From: a virus
Lineage: Duplodnaviria; Heunggongvirae; Uroviricota; Caudoviricetes
IMG/VR virus record: IMGVR_UViG_2690316318_000003
Direction: 5' to 3' (one strand)
DNA: 11,451 nucleotides
Both the position numbers and the translations under genes were made by a program. The notes beneath the pieces are model-generated. The model was not told the origin of the DNA and did not search any database. It saw nothing but the letters and a program-made list of their open reading frames with translations. This document shows, piece by piece, positions 1-7,870 of the stretch (within the stretch, counting starts at the first letter, position 1; each line of letters begins with the position of its first letter).

Positions 1-1795
<1,795 letters not shown>

Positions 1796-1815
<20 letters not shown>

Positions 1816-3115
1816 TCTCCCGCATATTGCCAGCATGGCCTTTAATGAGCCGCTGATGCTTGAACCCGCCTATGCGCGGGTTTTCTTTTGTGCGCTTGCC
1901 GGCCAGCTTGGGATCAGCCGCCTGACGGATGCGGTGTCCGGCGACAGCCTGACTGCCGGAGAGGCACCCGCGATGCTGGCGTTATCCGGTAATGATGACG
2001 GACCACGACAGGCCCGCAGTTATCAGGTCATGAACGGCATCGCCGTGCTGCCGGTGTCCGGCACGCTGGTCAGCCGGACGCGGGCGCTGCAGCCGTATTC
2101 GGGGATGACCGGTTACAACGGCATTATCGCCCGTCTGCAACAGGCTGCCAGCGACCCGATGGTGGACGGCATTCTGCTCGATATGGACACGCCCGGCGGG
2201 ATGGTGGCGGGGGCATTTGACTGCGCTGACATCATCGCCCGTGTGCGTGACATAAAACCGGTATGGGCGCTGGCCAACGACATGAACTGCAGTGCAGGTC
2301 AGCTGCTTGCCAGTGCCGCCTCCCGGCGTCTGGTCACGCAGACCGCCCGGACAGGCTCCATCGGCGTCATGATGGCTCACAGTAATTACGGTGCTGCGCT
2401 GGAGAAACAGGGCGTGGAAATCACGCTGATTTACAGCGGCAGCCATAAGGTGGATGGCAATCCCTACAGCCATCTTCCGGATGACGTCCGGGAAACACTG
2501 CAGTCCCGGATGGATGCAACCCGCCGGATGTTTGCGCAGAAGGTGTCGGCATATACCGGCCTGTCCGTGCAGGCCGTGCTGGATACCGAAGCTGCAGTGT
2601 ACAGCGGTCAGGAGGCCATTGATGCCGGACTGGCTGATGAACTTGTTAACAGCACCGATGCGATCACCGTCATGCGTGATGCACTGGATGCACGTAAATC
2701 CCGTCTCTCAGGAGGGCGAATGACCAAAGAGACTCAATCAACAACTGTTTCAGCCACTGCTTCGCAGGCTGACGTTACTGGCGTGGTGACAGCGACGGAG
2801 GGCGAAAACGCCAGCGCGGCGCAGCCGGACGTGAACGCGCAGATCACCGCAGCGGTTGCGGCAGAAAACAGCCGCATTATGGGGATCCTCAATTGTGAGG
2901 AGGCCCACGGACGTGAAGAACAGGCACGCGTGCTGGCAGAAACCCCCGGTATGACCGTGGAAACGGCCCGCCGCATTCTGGCCGCAGCACCACAGAGTGC
3001 ACAGGCGCGCAGTGACACTGCGCTGGATCGTCTGATGCAGGGTGCACCGGCACCGCTGGCTGCAGGTAACCCGGCATCTGATGCCGTTAACGATTTGCTG
3101 AACACACCAGTGTAA
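1796..3115 (+). CDS. C: prohead protease / minor capsid protein gpC, S49 (SppA-like) serine peptidase family (439 aa)
   Basis: Same frame as track ORF 1661..3115, but start placed at GTG 1796, which is preceded by GAGGAGGA (1783-1790) and gives the lambda gpC length; the track ORF start lies deep inside B. Putative nucleophile Ser in the NCSAGQ motif (codon 166, nt 2291-2293). Overlaps the B 3' end by 20 nt. Confidence 0.85.
2510..3115 (+). CDS. nu3: scaffolding protein gpNu3, in-frame internal start within C (201 aa)
   Basis: ATG at 2510 in the C reading frame, sharing the C stop at 3113-3115; Ala/Gln-rich C-terminal segment typical of a scaffold. Start chosen by analogy to lambda; no strong Shine-Dalgarno visible, so the exact start is uncertain. 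Confidence 0.6.
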   Translation: MDATRRMFAQKVSAYTGLSVQAVLDTEAAVYSGQEAIDAGLADELVNSTDAITVMRDALDARKSRLSGGRMTKETQSTTVSATASQADVTGVVTATEGENASAAQPDVNAQITAAVAAENSRIMGILNCEEAHGREEQARVLAETPGMTVETARRILAAAPQSAQARSDTALDRLMQGAPAPLAAGNPASDAVNDLLNTPV

Positions 3116-3124
3116 GGGATGTTT

Positions 3125-3457
3125 ATGACGAGCAAAGAAACCTTTACCCATTACCAGCCGCTGGGCAACAGTGACCCGGCTCATACCGCAACCGCGCCCG
3201 GCGGATTGAGTGCGAAAGCGCCTGCAATGACCCCGCTGATGCTGGACACCTCCACCCGTAAGCTGGTTGCGTGGGATGGCACCACCGACGGTGCTGCCGT
3301 TGGCATTCTTGCGGTTGCTGCTGACCAGACCAGCACCACGCTGACGTTCTACAAGTCCGGCACGTTCCGTTATGAGGATGTGCTCTGGCCGGAGGCTGCC
3401 AGCGACGAGACGAAAAAACGGACCGCGTTTGCCGGAACGGCAATCAGCATCGTTTAA
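3125..3457 (+). CDS. D: capsid decoration / head stabilisation protein gpD (110 aa)
   Basis: Track ORF 3119..3457; start placed at ATG 3125 ([20 protein letters not shown]...), matching lambda gpD N-terminus and length. Confidence 0.92.
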   Translation: MTSKETFTHYQPLGNSDPAHTATAPGGLSAKAPAMTPLMLDTSTRKLVAWDGTTDGAAVGILAVAADQTSTTLTFYKSGTFRYEDVLWPEAASDETKKRTAFAGTAISIV

Positions 3458-3477
3458 CCTGACCCTTCATCACTAAA

Positions 3478-3499
3478 GGCCGCCTGTGCGGCTTTTTTT
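3478..3499 (+). terminator. intrinsic-terminator-like hairpin downstream of D (GCCGC-CTGT-GCGGC stem-loop followed by T7)
   Basis: Read directly: stem gccgc (3479-3483), loop ctgt (3484-3487), stem gcggc (3488-3492), then a run of 7 T (3493-3499), located 21 nt after the D stop. Confidence 0.45.
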
Positions 3500-3512
3500 A
3501 CGGGATTTTTTT

Positions 3513-4538
3513 ATGTCGATGTACACAACCGCCCAGCTGCTGGCGGCAAATGAGCAGAAATTTAAGTTTGATCCGCTGTTTCTGCGTCTCTTTTTCCGTG
3601 AGAGCTATCCCTTCACCACGGAGAAAGTCTATCTCTCACAAATTCCGGGACTGGTAAACATGGCGCTGTACGTTTCGCCGATTGTTTCCGGTGAGGTTAT
3701 CCGCTCCCGTGGCGGCTCCACCTCTGAATTTACGCCGGGATATGTCAAACCCAAGCATGAAGTGAATCCGCAGATGACCCTGCGTCGCCTGCCGGATGAA
3801 GATCCGCAGAATCTGGCAGACCCGGCTTACCGCCGCCGTCGCATCATCATGCAGAACATGCGTGACGAAGAGCTGGCCATTGCCCAGGTCGAAGAGATGC
3901 AGGCCGTTTCTGCCGTGCTTAAGGGCAAATACACCATGACCGGTGAAGCCTTCGATCCGGTTGAGGTGGATATGGGCCGCAGTGCGGCGAACAACATCAC
4001 ACAGTCCGGTGGCACGGAGTGGAGCAAGCGTGACAAGTCCACGTATGACCCGACCGACGATATCGAAGCTTATGCGCTGAACGCCAGCGGTGTGATTGAT
4101 ATCATCGTGTTTGATCCGAAAGGCTGGGCGCTGTTCCGTTCCTTCAAAGCCGTCAGTGAGAAGCTGGATACCCGCCGTGGCTCTCATTCCGAGCTGGAGA
4201 CAGCGGTAAAAGACCTGGGCAAAGTGGTGTCTTATAAGGGAATGTATGGCGATGTGGCCATCGTCGTATATTCCGGACAGTACGTGGAAAACGGCGTCAA
4301 AAAGAACTTCCTGCCGGACAACACGATGGTGCTGGGTAACACTCATGCACGCGGTTTGCGCACTTATGGCTGTATTCAGGATGCGGATGCATTGAGTGAG
4401 GGTATTAATGCGTCTCCCCGTTATCCGAAAAACTGGAAGACATCCGGCGATCCGGCGCGAGAGTTCACCATGATTCAGTCAGCACCGCTGATGCTGCTGG
4501 CTGACCCTGATGAGTTCGTGTCCGTACAACTGGCGTAA
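3513..4538 (+). CDS. E: major capsid protein gpE (341 aa)
   Basis: Track ORF 3486..4538; start placed at ATG 3513 (MSMYTTAQLLAANEQKFKFDPLF...), giving 341 aa as in lambda gpE; stop TAA 4536-4538. Confidence 0.92.
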   Translation: MSMYTTAQLLAANEQKFKFDPLFLRLFFRESYPFTTEKVYLSQIPGLVNMALYVSPIVSGEVIRSRGGSTSEFTPGYVKPKHEVNPQMTLRRLPDEDPQNLADPAYRRRRIIMQNMRDEELAIAQVEEMQAVSAVLKGKYTMTGEAFDPVEVDMGRSAANNITQSGGTEWSKRDKSTYDPTDDIEAYALNASGVIDIIVFDPKGWALFRSFKAVSEKLDTRRGSHSELETAVKDLGKVVSYKGMYGDVAIVVYSGQYVENGVKKNFLPDNTMVLGNTHARGLRTYGCIQDADALSEGINASPRYPKNWKTSGDPAREFTMIQSAPLMLLADPDEFVSVQLA

Positions 4539-4563
4539 AAATGGCCCTTCGGGGCCATTTTTT
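4537..4563 (+). terminator. terminator-like hairpin immediately after E (7-bp stem, UUCG tetraloop, A-run / T-run flanks)
   Basis: Read directly: aaaa (4537-4540), stem atggccc (4541-4547), loop ttcg (4548-4551), stem gggccat (4552-4558), T-run to 4563. Perfect inverted repeat. Confidence 0.5.
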
Positions 4564-4579
4564 CTCTGTGGAGGAGTCC

Positions 4580-4975
4580 ATGACGAAAGATGAACTGATT
4601 GCCCGTCTCCGCTCGCTGGGTGAGCAACTGAACCGTGATGTCTGCCTGACGGGGACGAAAGAAGAACTGGCGCTCCGTGTGGCAGAGCTGGAAGAAGAGC
4701 TTGATGACACGGATGACACTGCCGGTCAGGACACCCCTCTCAGCCCGGAAAATGTGCTGACCGGGCATGAATATGAGGTGGTATCAGCGCAGCCGGGTAC
4801 CGTGACTGATACGGCTGCTCTGGTCACGGTCGTGGCACTGGTGACGCTGCATACTGATGCACTTCACGCCACGCGGGATGAGGCTGTGGCATTTGTGCTG
4901 CCGGGAACGGCGTTCCGTGTCTCTGCCGGTGTGGCAGCTGAAATGACAGAACGCGGCCTGGCCAGAATGCAATAA
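4580..4975 (+). CDS. FI: DNA packaging / head assembly accessory protein gpFI (131 aa)
   Basis: Same frame as track ORF 4541..4975; start placed at ATG 4580 preceded by GGAGGAG (4570-4576); the upstream ATG at 4541 lies inside the hairpin and lacks an RBS. Acidic, Glu/Asp-rich protein positioned as in lambda. Confidence 0.85.
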   Translation: MTKDELIARLRSLGEQLNRDVCLTGTKEELALRVAELEEELDDTDDTAGQDTPLSPENVLTGHEYEVVSAQPGTVTDTAALVTVVALVTLHTDALHATRDEAVAFVLPGTAFRVSAGVAAEMTERGLARMQ

Positions 4976-4986
4976 CGGGAGGCGCT

Positions 4987-5340
4987 GTGGCTGATTTCGA
5001 TAACCTGTTCGATGCTGCCATTGCCCGCGCCGATGAAACGATACGCGGGTACATGGGAACGTCAGCCACCATTACATCCGGTGAGCAGTCCGGTGCTGTG
5101 ATACGTGGTGTTTTTGATGACCCTGAAAATATCAGCTATGCCGGGCCGGGCGTGCGTGTTGAAGGCTCCAGCCCGGCCCTGTTTGTCCGGACTGATGATG
5201 TGCTGCAGCTACGGCGCGGCGACACGCTGACCATCGGTGAGGAAAACTTCTGGATAGACCGGATTTCGCCGGATGATGGCGGAAGCTGTCATCTCTGGCT
5301 CGGGCGGGGCGTACCGCCTGCCGTAAACCGTCGCCGCTGA
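4987..5340 (+). CDS. FII: head-tail connector / head completion protein gpFII (117 aa)
   Basis: ORF 4987..5340, GTG start preceded by GGGAGG (4977-4982); 117 aa as in lambda gpFII; sequence MADFDNLFDAAIARADETIRGY... matches my recollection. Confidence 0.87.
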   Translation: MADFDNLFDAAIARADETIRGYMGTSATITSGEQSGAVIRGVFDDPENISYAGPGVRVEGSSPALFVRTDDVLQLRRGDTLTIGEENFWIDRISPDDGGSCHLWLGRGVPPAVNRRR

Positions 5341-5351
5341 AAGGGGGATGT

Positions 5352-5885
5352 ATGGCCATAAAAGGTCTTGAGCAGGCCGTTGAAAACCTCAGCCGTATCA
5401 GCAAAACGGCGGTGCCCGGTGCCTCCGCAATGGCCATTAACCGCGTGGCCACAACGGCAATGAATCAGTCGGCGTCACAGGTTGCCCGTGAGACAAAGGT
5501 GCGGCGAAAACTGGTAAAGGAAAGGGCCAGACTGAAAAAGGCCACGGTCAAAAATCCGCACGTAAAAATCATTGTTAACCGCGGTGATTTACCTGTCATC
5601 AAACTGGGGATACGGATCACCGGAAGTCGTCCCAACAGTACGCTACGGGCCGGTCAGCATCGTTATCAGCGGGCATTTATCCAGCGATTAAAAAATGGTC
5701 GCTGGCATGTCATGCAGCGAGTGGCCGGGAAAAACCGTTACCCCATTGATGTGGTGAAAATCCCGATGGCGGTGCCGCTGACCACGGCGTTTAAACAGAA
5801 TATTGAACGGATACGGCGTGAGCGTCTTCCGAAAGAGCTGGGCTATGCGCTGCAGCATCAGCTGAGGATGGTAATAAAGCGATGA
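5352..5885 (+). CDS. Z: tail completion protein gpZ (177 aa; central segment appears divergent from lambda)
   Basis: ORF 5352..5885, RBS AAGGGGGA upstream; N- and C-terminal thirds read like lambda gpZ (MAIKGLEQAVENLSRISKTAVPG... and ...[62 protein letters not shown]); stop overlaps the U start. Confidence 0.85.
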   Translation: MAIKGLEQAVENLSRISKTAVPGASAMAINRVATTAMNQSASQVARETKVRRKLVKERARLKKATVKNPHVKIIVNRGDLPVIKLGIRITGSRPNSTLRAGQHRYQRAFIQRLKNGRWHVMQRVAGKNRYPIDVVKIPMAVPLTTAFKQNIERIRRERLPKELGYALQHQLRMVIKR

Positions 5886-6277
5886 AACATACTGATATCC
5901 GTGCAGCCGTACTGGATGCACTGGAGAAGTATAACACCGGGGCGACGTTTTTTGATGGTCGCCCCGCTGTTTTTGATGAGGCGGATTTTCCGGCAGTTGC
6001 CGTTTATCTCACCGGCGCTGAATACACGGGCGAAGAGCTGGACAGCGATACCTGGCAGGCAGAGCTGCATATCGAAGTTTTCCTGCCTGCTCAGGTGCCG
6101 GATTCAGAGCTTGATTCGTGGATGGAGTCCCGGATTTATCCGGTGATGAGCGATATCCCGGCACTGTCAGATTTGATCACCAGTATGGTGGCCAGTGGCT
6201 ATGACTACCGGCGCGACGATGATGCGGGCCTGTGGAGTTCAGCCGATCTGACTTATGTCATTACCTATGAAATGTGA
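5882..6277 (+). CDS. U: tail terminator protein gpU (131 aa)
   Basis: ORF 5882..6277; ATG 5882-5884 overlaps Z stop TGA 5883-5885; 131 aa as in lambda gpU. Confidence 0.92.
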   Translation: MKHTDIRAAVLDALEKYNTGATFFDGRPAVFDEADFPAVAVYLTGAEYTGEELDSDTWQAELHIEVFLPAQVPDSELDSWMESRIYPVMSDIPALSDLITSMVASGYDYRRDDDAGLWSSADLTYVITYEM

Positions 6278-6284
6278 GGACGAT

Positions 6285-7025
6285 ATGCCTGTACCAAATC
6301 CTACAATGCCGGTGAAAGGTGCCGGGACCACACTGTGGGTTTATAAGGGGAACGGTGACCCTTATGCGAACCCGCTTTCAGACGTTGACTGGTCGCGTCT
6401 GGCTAAAGTTAAAGACCTGACGCCCGGCGAACTGACCGCTGAGTCCTATGACGACAGTTATCTCGATGATGAAGATGCTGACTGGACCGCGACCGGACAG
6501 GGGCAGAAGTCAGCCGGAGATACCAGCTTCACGCTGGCGTGGATGCCTGGAGAGCAGGGGCAGCAGGCGCTGCTGGCGTGGTTTAATGAAGGGGATGTCC
6601 GGGCCTATAAAATCCGCTTCCCGAACGGCACGGTCGATGTGTTTCGTGGCTGGGTCAGCAGTATCGGTAAGGCGGTGACGGCGAAGGAAGTGATCACCCG
6701 TACGGTGAAGGTCACCAATGTGGGCCGTCCGTCAATGGCAGAAGATCGCAGCACTGTGACGGCGGCAACCGGCATGACGGTAACGCCAGCCAGTGCTTCC
6801 GTAGTGAAAGGGCAGAGCACCACGCTGACCGTGGCATTTCAGCCGGAAGGTGCAACCGACAAGAGCTTCCGGGCGGTGTCTGCGGATAAAACAAAAGCCA
6901 CCGTGTCGGTCAGTGGTATGACCATCACCGTGAAGGGTGTTGCTGCAGGTAAGGTCAACATTCCGGTTGTATCCGGTAATGGTGAGTTTGCTGCGGTTGC
7001 AGAAATCAACGTCACCGCCAGTTAA
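6285..7025 (+). CDS. V: major tail tube protein gpV with C-terminal Ig-like (Big_2-type) domain (246 aa)
   Basis: Track ORF 6255..7025; start placed at ATG 6285 preceded by GAGGA (6276-6280), giving 246 aa ([22 protein letters not shown]...); Thr/Val/Ser-rich beta-type C-terminal domain from about nt 6750. Confidence 0.92.
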   Translation: MPVPNPTMPVKGAGTTLWVYKGNGDPYANPLSDVDWSRLAKVKDLTPGELTAESYDDSYLDDEDADWTATGQGQKSAGDTSFTLAWMPGEQGQQALLAWFNEGDVRAYKIRFPNGTVDVFRGWVSSIGKAVTAKEVITRTVKVTNVGRPSMAEDRSTVTAATGMTVTPASASVVKGQSTTLTVAFQPEGATDKSFRAVSADKTKATVSVSGMTITVKGVAAGKVNIPVVSGNGEFAAVAEINVTAS

Positions 7026-7040
7026 TCCGGAGAGTCAGCG

Positions 7041-7463
7041 ATGTTTCTGAAAACCGAATCATTTGAACATAACGGCGTGACCGTCACGCTTTCTGAACTG
7101 TCAGCCCTGCAGCGCATTGAGCATCTCGCCCTGATGAAACGGCAGGCAGAACAGGCGGAGTCAGACAGTAACCGGAAGTTTACTGTGGAAGACGTCATCA
7201 GAACCGGCGCTTTTGTGGTGGCGATGTCCCTGTGGCATAACCATCCGAAGAAAACGCAGATGCCGTCCATGAATGAAGCCGTTAAACAGATTGAGCAGGA
7301 AGTGCTCACCACCTGGCCCACAGAGGCGATTTCTCATGCTGAAAACGTGGTGTACCGGCTGTCCGGTATGTATGAGTTTGTGGTGAATGATGCCCCTGAA
7401 CAGGCAGAGGACGCCGGGCCTGCAGAGCCTGTTTCTGCGGGAAAGTGTTCGACGGTGAGCTGA
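7041..7463 (+). CDS. G: tail assembly chaperone gpG (140 aa)
   Basis: ORF 7041..7463, 140 aa, immediately upstream of the tape measure gene with a slippery site near its 3' end. Confidence 0.92.
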   Translation: MFLKTESFEHNGVTVTLSELSALQRIEHLALMKRQAEQAESDSNRKFTVEDVIRTGAFVVAMSLWHNHPKKTQMPSMNEAVKQIEQEVLTTWPTEAISHAENVVYRLSGMYEFVVNDAPEQAEDAGPAEPVSAGKCSTVS

Positions 7464-7870
7464 GTTTTGCCCTGAAACTGGCGCGTGAGATGGGGCGACC
7501 CGACTGGCGTGCCATGCTTGCCGGGATGTCATCCACGGAGTATGCCGACTGGCACCGCTTTTACAGTACCCATTATTTTCATGATGTTCTGCTGGATCTG
7601 CACTTTTCCGGGCTGACGTACACCGTGTTCAGCCTGTTTTTCAGCGATCCGGATATGCATCCGCTGGATTTCAGTCTGCTGAACCGGCGCGAGGCTGACG
7701 AAGAGCCTGAAGATGATGTGCTGATGCAGAAAGCGGCAGGGCTTGCCGGAGGTGTTCGTTTTGGTCCGGACGGGAATGAAGTTATCCCCGCTTCTCCGGA
7801 CATGACGGAGGATGACGCAATGCTGATGACAGTATCAGAAGGGATCGCAGGAGGAGTCCGGTATGGCTGA
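7041..7870 (+). CDS. T: tail assembly chaperone gpGT fusion made by -1 frameshift (join 7041..7445, 7445..7870)
   Basis: G frame to the slippery heptamer, then -1 frame ORF 7445..7870 (VFDGELSFALKLAREMGRPDWRAMLAGMSSTEYADWHRFY...); conserved chaperone-frameshift arrangement upstream of tape measure genes. Confidence 0.8.
7439..7445 (+). other. programmed -1 ribosomal frameshift slippery heptamer G GGA AAG
   Basis: Read directly: GGGAAAG at 7439-7445 in G frame as G-GGA-AAG; shifting -1 (GGG AAA G) enters the 7445..7870 reading frame, which has no plausible independent start/RBS. Confidence 0.85.

Noticed and set aside
3636-4346. 236-aa minus-strand ORF antisense to capsid gene E
   Set aside because: Lies entirely antisense to a well-supported coding gene, has no RBS or promoter context and Arg/His-rich low-complexity composition typical of antisense frames in GC-rich coding DNA.
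4541-4579. Upstream ATG at 4541 extending FI to 144 aa
   Set aside because: This ATG is the first base pair of the post-E hairpin stem and has no RBS; ATG 4580 has a GGAGGAG RBS at correct spacing.
6255-6284. Upstream extension of V (track ORF starts 6255) and of D (3119) and E (3486)
   Set aside because: Extensions overlap the upstream gene or the hairpin and lack an RBS; the internal ATGs at 6285, 3125 and 3513 give the lengths expected for these proteins.
7754-7862. Internal repeat in the T-frame (GGVRFG / GGVRYG) considered as a possible second frameshift or duplication
   Set aside because: It is a short protein-level repeat within one open frame; there is no slippery sequence or frame change, so it is noted only as a motif within the G-T finding.
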